Below are positions 38,362-51,190 of a stretch of 64,000 nt of DNA, piece after piece (position 1 is the stretch's first letter; every line of letters starts with the position of its first letter). This stretch comes from Camelus ferus (Eukaryota). The notes below the pieces were generated by a model. It searched no databases and was not told the DNA's origin. It saw only the letters and a program-made list of their open reading frames with translations. The stretch lies in the NCBI RefSeq assembly GCF_009834535.1, contig NC_045697.1, forward strand, positions 71,612,001-71,676,000, given 5' to 3'. Both the position numbers and the translations under genes were made by a program.

Positions 38362-38681
38362 TTTTGATTAGGGTTAGAGGAAACAGATTTATATAAAAAG
38401 TGCTTATCATAATTCCTAGTATAAAACAGATGCTCAATAAATGTTTATTCCTTCCCTTTCTCTGTATTAATTCCAATCTTCTTTTCCCTAATTTTTTTCT
38501 AGATTGCTTTCAAAATGTTTTCAATAACCTTTTTATCTTACGTACATAGATTTAGCTTTTCCACTTTAATAAAGTCTTGAAACTTTTAGATTTATAGCCT
38601 TTATAACTCAATATCCTTCACTGGTCCACATCATAAATAAAGAGTAACCAGAGAATCTCTGTTAGGTAAGATTTAAAACTA

Positions 38682-38894
38682 CAGTTGACCCTTGAACAGA
38701 GGGGGTTTTGAACTTCATGGGTCAATTTATACATGGATTTTTTTCAATTAGGAATACTGCAGTACTGCACAACCTGCAGTTGGTTGAATCTTCGGGTGCT
38801 GCGGACGGGAAAGGCCTACTCTAAATTATATAGGGATTTTCTGCTGTGCGGAGGGTTGGTGCCCCTCACACCTGCATTGTTCAAGGGTCAACTG
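38682..38894. mobile_element. Tigger2-family (TcMar) MITE
   Basis: Perfect 17-bp terminal inverted repeats CAGTTGACCCTTGAACA / TGTTCAAGGGTCAACTG, flanked by TA on both sides. Confidence 0.92.
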
Positions 38895-39397
38895 TATTTG
38901 ACATTTAAAACAATTCATTATATTTAAATTATAAGAGACCTTAAAGCTAACCCTATTCAATCCTCTCATTTGTAGATAAAAATGCCAAGGTCTAGAAAGG
39001 TGACGGAAAGGGATTTGGGCAAAAAGGATTTGGTTAGCGATTGAGTTACAGCTCCCTGGAGGTTTGTGAAGTGATGCTTATGGCCTTCAGAGAGACAGCC
39101 TCACACAGGGATGCAGGAGAGGAGGAGGGAGAAGCGATGTCCTCACTGCCTTCTCAGTTGCAAAATATGGTGTTGGAGAAAAATATTGAGAGTTCAGTAG
39201 ACCTGAAGTTGATAAACTTAAAATGTTGTGAGAATCACCTTTACATATTTTATTTCTGAGTATGGCTGAGAACATGGACATGCTGGAGACATAATGTGCA
39301 ACCATGTGCGACCTTTATCACTGATAAATGTAATGGGTTCTTTGGTCAGTGAGAACTCCTTCAAATGCCTAACCGGGTTATATTTTTCATCTTATAG

Positions 39398-39536
39398 AAT
39401 CCTGGTGAAATATTTATTATTTTGAGAGATGAAGTAATTGGTGGTACTGTGGAGGTTGAATTTACGTCAAATAGTAAATGCATTAGAACACGGCCAGCTC
39501 TCTGGAGTAAGACAGTCTGGTGTATGAAAGCTTTAG
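39398..39536 (+). CDS. BANK1: BANK1 internal coding exon (probable exon 4), DBB domain
   Basis: Branch-like CCTAAC at about 39368, acceptor tttttcatcttatAG, donor TAG|GTaaga, 139 nt, phase 0 to 1. It translates to NPGEIFIILRDEVIGGTVEVEFTSNSKCIRTRPALWSKTVWCMKAL, matching recalled human NPGEIFIILRDEVIGDTVEVEFTSSNKRIRTRPALWNKKVWCMKAL. Confidence 0.97.
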
Positions 39537-41141
39537 GTAAGAAATTTTTTTATGCTTTAATAAGTATAAAACATCATCTTGAGTTTCTTTCAATGCATTT
39601 ATAGTAAAAGGTTTCACTTCCCAACAGAAACTAATATTGTTCTGCAGGTGTTTCCTGTGTTTAGCTTTCACATACACAAGGCTGTTATTATTAATCTGGA
39701 TTCGCAAAAGCACAAATGTGTAAATTATGAGAAGTCTGCTTGTGTACCATGTGGTGAAATGACAGCCAGTAACATCACATATTTTCAGTCATGTCAGCAG
39801 AGAACACTTTAATATAAGTCAACTGTTAAATATAGAACTAAAATTATTTGCTTTATTGTAACAGGATTAGCAGACATTTGGATTTTCATTTGTAATTTTC
39901 TCTTTTTTTCCCTTTTTTTTTTTTTTTTTTTTTTTGGCCATGACCCTGAGTATATTTTTGATTGTTTGGAAAGCATAATTCTTTTTCCTTATTTTATCAT
40001 CATTGTACCAGTTCTAAATACAATCTCCCCTCTTTTCCTTATTTAATTTATGAAGCTAATCATTTTATTACCCAACATTGCTTCAACATGATAAATTATA
40101 CCAGATTTAAAATTCCAGGTGGAAGAGCCACACTTGCCATAGTAATTGTACTAAAATTGAAATCTAATGTATTAACTTCTGAATGTTTTGATATAAATGT
40201 AGGACTACTTTGTTTTTGAATTTATGGTGTCCTTTTATAGTCAGACAATAAAAGTTCTTTGTAAAACTTTGTAAATACAAACTTTATAGGGTATTTTAAA
40301 GCAGGAATATATTCAATCTTATTATTAATTTGGAAATGTAGTAAAATATTTAAAATTAAAGAGTACGTCAAATGGATCCTTTGCTTTTTTGTTTTCCTTT
40401 TTAAATGTAGCTGTTATGAAATCGATTCATTTACAAAGCATTTAAAAAATTTTTCTATTGTGTTATGTAAAGCATGTGTCTCCTCTTTGGATTACCTTGC
40501 ATAGCTTAGGTCAGAGTTGGATTATAGAGAAGAAAGACTCTACACCAGCCATGTACAAGCATTTTAGACACTGCTTCCTGTCATGGGAAAGGATATGCAG
40601 AAGTGAAAGGAGGAAGAGCTCTCTGTGCCTCCTTCCTTTCTCTTTCAAATTCCCCTACTTCCGTATGCCACATTTTAAAATGATTTAATGAACAATAATT
40701 TCTAACTAATTAGTTTAGAAGTTAAACTAAGTCTAGTTAGACTAAAACAATGTAGAAAAATCAATACTGCAAATTAAGAAGTACTTAGATAATGTGTCCT
40801 AAATAGCAAATCAAAATGTCAAATTAAAATCAGTCACATTAAGATTTTATGTTCAGTTTACTTTGTAGCTAAGAACAGTGCAAAGAATAAAATGTCAAAG
40901 TTCAGATGTTTTTCAGAAAAGCAGGAAACTGTTATTCTATATTTTCCAATAAATACCAGGCCATAATGTGTGGTTGAAGAGCAAATTTGTAGTATATAAA
41001 TAAATAAACAAATAAATAAATAAGTCGCTGTTTACCAGTTATGCTAATTAAATTTCTCCAACTCTTTTTTTCAACTAGATATTCTGTAAGTTAGTGAGGA
41101 ATTTTCTTACAGAATGTTGGCTGCTATGTAGCCATATATAG

Positions 41142-41609
41142 TGTTGAAGAAAAATTAATCAGGAGGTCTAAGAAAGAAATGGAAAATTTTATTTGAGCCG
41201 AATTTCGAGATTATAACCCAGGAAGAGCATCTCACAAAACTTTGAGAATTGTTCTGCCCATTAGAAGTCAAGGTACAAGTTATTTAAGTTTTTTGAGACA
41301 GAGGGCTGCACATCAAATGTCATATTGTTGACAGCTTACATAATCCAGACCTAAGTGGCATAGTGGTGGGTCATGTGACCCCGTACAAAATCAAGGAGAA
41401 ATGTTATCTTTTAAGGAGTTGTCTTGTTGATGCTGGGAGAATGCTGCTCTTTATGGTTGAGCAGGTTTTCCTGCAGATGGGGGAGGTTTGGCTGATGCAT
41501 AATGCAGATACACAGTGCATAGCGTGGGGAGAGAGGAGGCAGATGGACAGAGAAAATATTTTTATGTTAAAAATTTTTTTGTCTTGCCATAAAGTAAGAA
41601 TTTTATTCA
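41142..41609 (-). mobile_element. ERV1 solo LTR (MER41-like)
   Basis: TG...CA ends, about 470 bp, with antisense poly(A) signal 'ttttatttgagcc' and 'aaaactttgagaattgttctgccca', similar to the antisense MER41-class 3' end. Confidence 0.7.
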
Positions 41610-41697
41610 TAATGGGAAAGTTCCATGAATACATACGGGAGTACAGATGAGACATACCTCAGCAGAGATGGCCCCAGGCACCTTCTCTGTCTCATGG

Positions 41698-43021
41698 CAC
41701 TGTTTCTTGAAATTCTTTGAACCCTAGCAAGAACTACATTTTACATCATGACCCAGCACATATGCATAAATACGTAATGAAAACAAAGGATTTAAAAGCA
41801 ACACTTAGACTGACAGTTTCGGCCCTGACATGGAAAGTTGCCGCTCCCATTCTTACAAGACAAAGCTGAACAAACTAAAAATCTGTGTTTTTTCTTGAAC
41901 TCCTCAGAGACCTAAGGTTGCAGGGCAAACGACCATCCTAAAATCTGGAAAGAAAGGTAAATAGAGTGGCATCTGAGATCTGCTTACCTGAAGTAGAAGT
42001 GGTAGGAGCACTTAAACAGTAATTTTGATGAATTGCTGAAGAGGCTGAGTGTGGACTAGCTTGAGAATAAGAAACTCCTGGGGGCTGTAGTTTATGAGAC
42101 ACCTATAATTTGGGGGGATTTACCTCCAGGAACCCCTCCAGGTTCACACAGTGAATGTCTAAGACACACTCCCTGCAGACTCTGTTGGGTCAGAGGAAAA
42201 GTAATCCTGGGGAAGGACTCCCAGCATGTTCTCTATAACAAAGGTCTGCTCTTCAAGGGAACCGCTTTATCAGAGCCTTGTCCCCGCCGGGTAAGAGCAT
42301 CCATCCCCGTGTAGCCCCCTCCAGCCTTCCTGTCTCCCTGAAGGTGGGGAGGGAAAGGGTATGCCATGGCAGGAACACTTGTGAAGGTCGCAGCTAAAAG
42401 GCCGGCTAAAAGACGAAGACTTAATCGTAAGATTAGAGTGCTTCCCCTCCCTGCAACCTGACCACCACCACAACGGGGTCCCAGTGTAGCAGCAGTGGAT
42501 TACCCTTGAAAGTTTGCAAGATGCAGAATCTTTCTGAGGAGGAGTACGTGGGGAAGCACAAAGTCAAGAGGAAGACAAGGGCAATAGAGGAATTTGAAGC
42601 CCCTGGCACCTACAGCTACAGCAAACAGTGAATATAGCCCAGCTCCTAGCTGGATGACTCCCACTACGTGTCTACCTGTTTCAATTCTTATATCAGACAC
42701 AATTTGTCTGATTTTCAATGAGAAATTATAAGACATGCCAAAAAGCAAGGGGAAAACATAGTCTAAAGAAATAAAACACACATCAGACCAGACATGTGAC
42801 ACAGATGTTGGAATTATCAGACAGGGAATTTTATATAACTATGATTAATATAATGAGGGTTGAGGGTTATAATGCAAAAGTAGATAACATGCCAGAGCAT
42901 ATGGATAATGTAAGTAGAGAGAAAGATACTTTATTTCTTTTCATTTTTTTCCAGTGTTAGAGCTTACTGAATTGATGTCATGAATTGCTAGTGGGTTACA
43001 AACCACAGCTGGAAAAACCAA
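41698..43021. mobile_element. Charlie4-like hAT fossil ends flanking an L1 5' fragment
   Basis: Left 'cactgtttcttgaaa...cattttacatcatgacccag'. Right 'ttactgaattgatgtcatgaattgctagtgggttacaaaccacagctggaaaaac'. Confidence 0.5.
41815..42930 (+). mobile_element. Old L1 (L1MC/MD-type) 5'UTR and ORF1 start
   Basis: 'aaattataagacatgccaaaaagcaagg...acacagatgttggaattatcagacagggaatttt..ataactatgattaatat...aaaagtagataacatgc' (QMLELSDREF-like ORF1 motif). Confidence 0.8.
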
Positions 43022-43029
43022 TCTTTGGA

Positions 43030-43187
43030 GCTGCCCTCGCCAGTGTTGTAGCCACTGGCCACATCTGGGTATTTAAACTTTCTTTAAATAAAATTTAAAT
43101 TTCATTTGTTCAGTTGCATTAACCATGTTTCAAGTGCTTCATTGGAACATACCCATCCTCTCAGGGAGTTTGATTGGACAGCACTGG
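43030..43187. mobile_element. MER3/MER33-like MITE
   Basis: 'tagccactggccacatctgggtattt...cagttgcattaaccatgtttcaagtgct...attggacagcactg'. Confidence 0.7.
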
Positions 43188-44479
43188 TAGCACAGTAGAG
43201 CTCTCTTTTCTACACCAATTATGGAGTAAGAGACAGAGCCCAGTGCATTCTGATGGGCTAGTGATCTGTCCAGAATCTGTGGCGTAGCTGAGGAAACACT
43301 TAACTGGTGGCTAGGAGAGCTGTCTTTATTCTTTACTGAGCAACTAACTTGACACAAGTTTCTCAGTCAGTTTTCTTGTTGATAAAATAGCTAAAATATT
43401 CACATTTCAAGTACTCAGTTGCTTAGAGATACGGGAGATAAGGTACAAGACAACACTTTGAGACCCAAATGATCAACAAAGGGTCAGTCTCTCCCTCTAG
43501 CAATTCCCTTAAATGTAAAGAGTGTTTTGTCTGGAATAACCCACATTCAGCTTCTGAATGGGGTATAATAAACCATCTAAAAACTTCCTTCTCTTCCTTA
43601 TAGGGAAGAGACTTGAGGGGTCTGTCTTTCTCTATAAATATTGTACTCATGCTGTTCCCGCTCTTCTCCTCGTCATCTGTTTCCCTCTCCTGATAGAAAG
43701 TGTCCCCTTTCACCCTTGGGAAATCATACTCACGAGCGCTCCCAATTCTGTGTCAGCTCATGTATAATCCTTGTGCCCATCAGTGACATCCAGAGAAGGA
43801 AATGATCTCAGTCAGTATCTCATACCATCTAATAATAGTCTATACGGATTTAAGTCTTTGAAAAATGTTTGCTATACTTACTTAAATACCGAATTAAAAT
43901 GGAGGGATCTAAAACTGAAGTGGAAACATACCAGGGACCCTCCCCACTCTCAGGGATGTTTTTGAAGAATATATGATGCATCAGATTCAGGAGATGGCCT
44001 CCATCTGTCCAGTCTCTTTCCAGTCTAGAAAAATTGCTCATATGACTTCTTTTTTGATCACCTTGCTCATGATGTAATCAGTCACATGACTTAAAATGTG
44101 GTTTGCTCTCTGTAGATGTTCTCTTGTGCTATACCCAGAGCTTCCCGTACTGAGTTTGGCTGGTGGTGTGAGCTGGTGTGGCATCTTCACAATACTGGCC
44201 AAGATGCAGGCTTATTTCTAGTCACCATTCCATAGTCCCAAGGGTGTGGCCATGATCGTGATGGAGCAAGATAGCTGCTAAGACTTTTGCTATCATACCT
44301 GTATTCCAAGCAGTGTGATGAAGCAAGGTGTGCTGGAACCAGTGCATATCGGATTGCAAAAGCCAGTTCTATGCATCTCTTCCCTACTTCATATTCAGTG
44401 ATATTACCTTGTATATTACTGTTCTTGTGATACAGGAACATGGAGCATGAGAGGATGGCCATGTCACAGGTCCCAGGCA

Positions 44480-44829
44480 TGAAGGTAGATTTATTCAGAG
44501 AGATACACTCTCCATAGACAGAGCGTGGGCTGTCTCCAAAGGTGAGAGAGAGCAACCACGAGGGCTCCCATTATTCCAACTACCTTGGGGAAGGAGCTGG
44601 GATACCCAGGAACTGGGTCACTATTCACTTTTTGACCTTTTACAGTCAGCCTCAGAACTTCCATGGTGCCTGTGGGAGTGCCATTTACCATGCTAATATA
44701 TTACAACGAGCATATAATAATAATAATAACATAGTGAAGCTCAAGTTCTGCAGGAGTTTAATCTTCCGCCATCTTGGTGCTAATGGCTGTGTCATTCTTT
44801 TAATGGTCATGCCCCTGCCTCCTACCCTC
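44480..44829 (-). mobile_element. ERV1-type solo LTR
   Basis: Starts TGAAGGTAGATTTATTCAGAGAGATACAC (antisense AATAAA). Contains 'cattattccaactaccttggggaaggagctggga' and 'cgccatcttgg'. Confidence 0.65.
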
Positions 44830-45180
44830 TTGTCTCACTTGGGCTGCCATAACAAAATGCCAAAGACTGGATAATTTCACATTTCTGGAAGCTGGAAGTC
44901 TAAGATCAGGGGGCCAGAAGTTGGTTTATGGTGAGACCTCTTTCCTGGGCTTGCAGATGGCCACCTGCTTGCTCTGTCCTCATGTGGCCTTTTCTCTATG
45001 TATATGCTCTTTGGTGACTCTTCTTCTTATAAAGACGCTGGGCCTATTAGATAAGGGCCCCATCATTATGACTTCAGTTTAACTTTAATTACCTCTTAAA
45101 GGCCTTATCTTGTCTCCAGTTGGCCTGGAGGTTAAAGCTTCAACATGTGAGTTTTAAGGGACACAGTTCTGTCCATGACA
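44830..45180 (-). mobile_element. MLT1A-like MaLR LTR
   Basis: 'gggctgccataacaaaatgcc..agactgg...ttctggaagctggaagtctaagatcagg...cttgcagatggcc...ttcaacatgtgagtttt..gggacacagtt..gtccatgaCA'. Confidence 0.88.
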
Positions 45181-48111
45181 TTTTAGTAGCTTGAAGTCAG
45201 CTAAGTGGTGTCTTTCTCTTCTGAAGCAATTCCACATCTTTACCTGATTTTTTTCGTTTGGGAAAATATGCTCTAAATTTACCTTCTTCCCTTTCCTTTC
45301 AGGGCAATAACTCGATATAGTCATTATTACTTTGTTTTCTAAAAACCTCACCTTCCTAATGGTGTCCACAGGTTTGTCTCTGACAAGGACTGTTTTGTGT
45401 TAGAGGAATTTGAAGTTCCTATAGTCCAAGTTTATGCCAAAACTTATGGAAATATATTTAAAGGCTTTAAACTAGAAGTATTAATTAATTTTCACCCAGA
45501 AGGAGGAGAGTATTCCTCTGGTACCTGCAACTCAGGCAGAAAACTATTTTACACAGCAGGGGGATAACCAATTAAAAGTTGAAAGGAATGTAAAATGTAG
45601 CCACAAAGATAAAGAATCTCTTTATTAATCAAGAAACTATGTTCTGGATAATGTAAACTATAACTTCATATTTCATTTAAAAAGCAAGAAAAATACTTTA
45701 GGATGTGCTAAATATTATGTAGAACATGCTCATAAAAATAACAACAGTTAAGAAATTTTTCTAAATATAGTTCAAGAAGATAATTTTAACATATATTATT
45801 AAACTTGATATTAACTTTTAGACATGACCAAGGTTTTAAAGCCACCAATATCTATTTAATAATAATGTTCTAATCAATGAGAGTTATGTTGATTTCAGTT
45901 CCCATGGAAATTTAGGTGGGTTCAGGTAAGGTTTACTACGTTGTAAAGGGCTAAAATTGGTTGGTAAAGGAGCACAGTTTCTCAGGCACATGAAAATAGA
46001 AAGCAGAAAAACTCTAAAGTTAGTGTATTTGTGACATATATATTTTTATGGAATAGTGACTGTAGTTCTGACTATTCAGAAATATCTTTGGATTATATTT
46101 TCCATAAATTACTTAAGTTTGTCCCTCACCTGGAAGGTTAGACCAATTAAATCCTGGAGACAGGAAGGATTGACAAAGGTCCTTCATGGCCTAGAACTTG
46201 AGATTTGAAACTTAAATAGAGTTCCTTTTTAACCACTGCTCTTCTGTAAGTGTACTTTATTGTGTATCTACATCTGATGAGGGCAAGGTGTTCCATCTCT
46301 CTCTTCTATTTGAGTCTTTAAATTAATTGGTTTTAATTTTTAATTGAAGCACTATAAAATGTAGACAGCATAGTGACACAGTTAAAGTAAAACAACGCTC
46401 AAGCTGTACATAGTTCTGGTCATGAAAAATCCAATTCAATTATAAAATTATTAAGGAGGGTCTCCCAACCAGATGAATCCATAAGAGTCCTTCCTCATAT
46501 GTAGGTGGAAACAATAATTAGGTCTTGATTTAATAAATGACATTCGATAGATATGAAAATATGCACAGCAAAGACAGTACTTCAAATGGCCACACTGGAG
46601 GATTACTCTGAAATCAACATCATTATCCATAGAGCTAATGGTAAAATTTTGAGTCAACTTGTGACTCAAGATATCGGAAGTCAATCAGTTCATTCTCATG
46701 TTAAATTCTAAATAAATCAGAATATCTTAAGTATCCTGTATCAGAGAACTACCAAGCAAATAGTCTCGCTGTGTATCTTTCATGATTTACCACCTGACAT
46801 TCTTTCAGAAAGTTAACACCTCATGGTAAAGTTCTTAATCTCTTTTCTGATAAAATCAATATTTTCTTTAAAATCATCTCTATGAAATCAACTGAATTTG
46901 ATTTCATTTCACTCCAGTAACTCCACACCCCCTTTATATACATACACAGCTGTAGTGATGAGGTGTGCATTACAACATTCAGTGTTTTTAAGATTTCTCT
47001 TACTTTCTCTATTGCATGAATACTTACTTTTGGAAGAGAGAACTTTTCTACATACATTTTCTTTATAATACAGGTTAACTATCTGATCAAGCAATTTGAG
47101 AGGAGGAAATTCAACTTCTTGATCTAGTTAAAGTTAAGATTGTTGGCTTTGAATTTCTCTGAGCACTATTATCAGGGTTATTTAACTTCTTCAGGAGATA
47201 AAGTAAAATTAATGCTTAAACATTAAGAACTTTTAATTATTAGAGTTTCATCAGGTGGCTTTTGGTCTTGTACTTAATGGCTTATTCCACACCCCAAATA
47301 TTTGGGTGACAGTTTTCCAGGAGAATTTGGGAAATAGCTCTGTGACAAAGAGTAAATTTTTTAAAGTATGTTCGGCAAATGAATTTAAAGAGCTAAGTTT
47401 TGCTTACTTTTGTTACAATAAAACCTAATAACTATTCCATTGAAGTGATTATTTAATGTCATTCTTTCCTGGAGAGCACTTTAACTCTGTTGGTAGGTTA
47501 CAGCAGAGTTTACAACATGGTGTATCCGTCACTTTGAACAACTTGTTCACAAAAAGGCTTTAGATGAATGGATGGTGCAAATAGTACTTAAACAGAGGAG
47601 CATTAAACATTGCCTTCCCGAAGGTTTTCATTGTAATCAGTTGAATAAAAGTTCTGCAGTTTCAATCAACTCAACTCCTTTTTCCAAACAATTTTGAGAA
47701 ACTTCCCTGTAATTAATGGGAGTTTTCTTCCTCAGATTAATAGTAAATATCTAACTTTTAATGAATGACTTTATTGTTCTAAATTCTAAAGCATTGCATA
47801 GAGGTGATAAAAGGTTACTTCAAAAAAAGGAAGGTAAAAGTTAGGGGGAAAGATTTAGTGCTTTGCTTTTATTATAATTGTAGCATATGTTTTTACCTTT
47901 TAAGTTTTTTTTTAAGCAATTAAGTCCAAAATTATACATCCAATTTTTGGTTTCTAACTACTAAGGATAAAAAAGAAAACAATTCAGTGCTAGAAGTTAG
48001 TTTAAATTGTTACAAATTCTTAAAGCCTGCCTTCATATTCTCTAAGAGATATAATAATGTGATACGTGCATTTATATACTCAGCTCCTAACTACCCTTTG
48101 TGTTTTATAAG

Positions 48112-48251
48112 ATTTTCCTGCTGGCTCCGTCAATGTCAGTGTCTACTGTGATGGAATCATTAAGGCCACAACAGAGATTAAATACTATACAACAGCAAAG
48201 GCTATGAAATGCCTATTGGAGGTGGCAGGTCCAGAAGATGGTGTGTGCCAG
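48112..48251 (+). CDS. BANK1: BANK1 internal coding exon (probable exon 5), DBB domain; absent from the ORF track
   Basis: Branch-like CTAAC 48087-48091, acceptor ttttataAG, donor CAG|GTAAGT, 140 nt, phase 1 to 0. It translates to DFPAGSVNVSVYCDGIIKATTEIKYYTTAKAMKCLLEVAGPEDGVCQ, matching recalled human EFPAGSVHVNVYCDGIVKATTKIKYYPTAKAKECL...LCQ. The frame is continuous with the previous two exons. Confidence 0.97.
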
Positions 48252-50925
48252 GTAAGTTGATGTTTCCATGAAATTGATAATAAGCTAAAGAGCTAATGTG
48301 GGATAAACTAATGCTTACTTTGATTTAAAGTCTGAATGTTGCTTGAATAAGAATGAATTACTGATCAATAGGAAAAAAAGAAACTGACCTCCATGGTGCA
48401 GAGATGTAGATGAATTAGCTTGCTTAAGTCTAGTCTTTCCAGATAATGTCACTGGGAGACAGATTATCCATTACAAAAAAGCTGTTGTGATGAGTTCATT
48501 TTAAAGCTGTTACCGACCAGATAAAGAAAGACAGAAGGATTAAAGAGAACTCTTAAAACATGAATTTCCTCTTTGCCCAGATGTGGGCAAAACAAGATAA
48601 AAGAAGCTTTCAGTTTAAGGAATCAGACAAATCAAGAATACCACCAAAAAGGAAGTATGTGGTGTTAATCTAGAAATTGTTATTTCCATGAGGAAATTTC
48701 CAAGCTCAGTGTATGTTTTTCTTAGTTTCATGTATCACTGTTGTCTGATACTGAAAGTGACTGCTTTAAATGAACACTGTATATTGAAATTCCAGAAATA
48801 CTGAACTTTTCTGGGAACTAGGCAAAGAGACATTTTCAAGCCCCAGGTTGTTTCTCTCGTGTAACAAAGTATTACTCAGCAATGGTGACTTGGTGAGGAG
48901 TTTCTCTTCCTCTCTAAGGCCCTTGATTGAGACATTTTCCGGTAACAAGTAAGTACTGTGAGTGCCTTGCCCTCATTGACTTAGAATATAACAATTATAT
49001 TTTGATTAATCTTAAGCCATTAGTTTAATTTCTACATTTGGCTTTATTTTGTTGTTACCTGACCCACTTTCAGTAAAGAGAAAGCTTGTTTACTGTGGAA
49101 CTTTGATCCTTTCTGTGCTTCTTCCATCAAATTTTCAGAGTGAAATAAATTCCTTTCTTTTCATAGCTACTTGATAATTAGAATTTTAACCTTGCTTAAT
49201 TGCTTTTTTTTTTTTTTCACCCCTCCAGGGAGGGAGAGAGTAGAATAGAGGCTAAGAGAGAGATAGTTGAATTGGACATTGGGTCTTCAGATTACCACAA
49301 AGCACTCCGTAAGACTTGTAACAAAACTATCAGTGATAGTGATGTTGACAGGCTGTCCTAAAGCCTTATATACATTTGAACTAGTTTGGAATTTGAGGCT
49401 TTGTTATTTATTTTGTGTGACATATTTTTCTATTAGGGTTCTCCTTTATGAATGACATATTTTAGAACAGTGGAAAAGGGAAAAATGTCTTAGGGAAGGA
49501 CAGGAAGTAAAATACCATTTACCAATCTGGAGAGTCAGGACATTCAGTAAAACGTCTATATTGTAATTGCAAAGCAACAACAAAAGTAATAGTTTGAAAT
49601 ACAGATAGTTTCATTTCCCTGTGTCATGTCTACCTTATCCTCTACTTTAAAAAATCTTTAATCATTACAAAAAGACTAATAGAGGTGATGTATTGCATTT
49701 TGGTATTCAGTTAGCATAGAAGTGAAGTGGTCCCCCAGACACATCTTTGTGTTGTTAAGCCTTTGGGGAGGAAAAAAAACCTTGTGTATATAGTAAAACT
49801 TAAATGTAATTTATGATTCTTGGACGGTTTTTCTAAATGTTGTGATATCCAAGCCATGATTTCTTCTACAGCTTTGAATGAATAAAAATTGTGGGGGTTT
49901 TTTTGCACAATTTTTAGGTAACTAGAAAATGCTTAGTTTCATTTTTGCCCTCAGTGTCAGAAATGAGAGATAAGGAAGGGTTTCTTCCCTCTGCCAAGCA
50001 CTGGTGCCCAGTGAAAGGAAGGATGTTGAACAGTGACAGCTTGATTCAGGGTTTTACGCTTAGAAACAAGCCACTTTAAACCTGAGATTTGAATACTGAG
50101 AGGTAGACTTATTTAAGCTGTTGACAGCAGACCACAACTTGACAAGAGACACTAAGAGATTAGGGTTAATATATACAGTGTAAGATAGGTTTAGAGGTTT
50201 TGCTGCTGTCAAGAGGGAGCCTAGATGTGCTGTGGAGTTAAATCAAACAAATTCCGAGACTGAGATCTCAGATCAGACCGAGCTACACCATCACAACCCT
50301 GACAGAGGGAAGGTGCAATTCAGTCTCCATCACATCTTGGACTAGGTGTGACATGGGGCTCTCACCCACTGGCATCTGGACCCCATGCATTATCCCTATC
50401 ATGAATTCACCAAGATGGTGAAATTCAAACTCCACCCTTGATGACAAAGAAGGAACTGCATGGACACCAAGGAACCTTGGTGTGTTTTAGGGATTACGTG
50501 GTCTCAAAGGAGGTGTGCCAGCCCACTCTGTGCTTATTATCCTTGCTGGCATTTGGTTGTTCCTTATGACATTAGGCTTTTGGCTCATGGAGATTATATT
50601 TTAAAAGTTGTGTAATAAGCTGTGCTTTTCCTCTCCAGCATACAACATTGCAGTAATTGTTTCTTTTATGTGCTGCTCTGCCACTTCAATTGGGAGATTT
50701 GAGTATTTCACAGATAGTCCACTGAACATCTCTTTTCAAAGAACAGCATACATTGTAATTTTATTCACCATAGTTACTGTGTATTTGTAAGAACATGTAC
50801 CAGCAGACTTCACAGGGTTTTTTTTTTTGTTATTTTTTTTAATAGTCTATCTACTCCACTGAAACGGTATACTCTAAGAGCTATCCTGAGTTTTCCTGTA
50901 AATTTTAATGGCAGATGTGATCTAA

Positions 50926-51190
50926 GTAATCCTTAAAATCGGTAATAAGATACTTCCTGTAATCATTTAAAAGCTATTGGACATATAATACATGAACATT
51001 CTGTAAATTTGAGGAAAGGAATAATAATAAGGAATCTGTGAGTTTTATTTTTTAATAATCCTCAAATTTGTAGTAAGAGACTTTCTAGTATCATTTAAAA
51101 GCTATTGGGCATACAGCACAATGGCTATTCTGTGAATTTGAGAAAAACGGTAATGAGAAATTTGGTTTTCTTAGTTTATTTTTAATGATC
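50926..51190. repeat. Diverged tandem duplication, period 128 bp, about 2 copies
   Basis: Identical 19-mer atcatttaaaagctattgg at 50962 and 51090, with alignable flanks. Confidence 0.9.

Noticed and set aside
40700..40744. Adjacent short hairpins (tctaactaattagtttaga, agtctagttagact)
   Set aside because: Short, AT-rich and imperfect, so consistent with chance.
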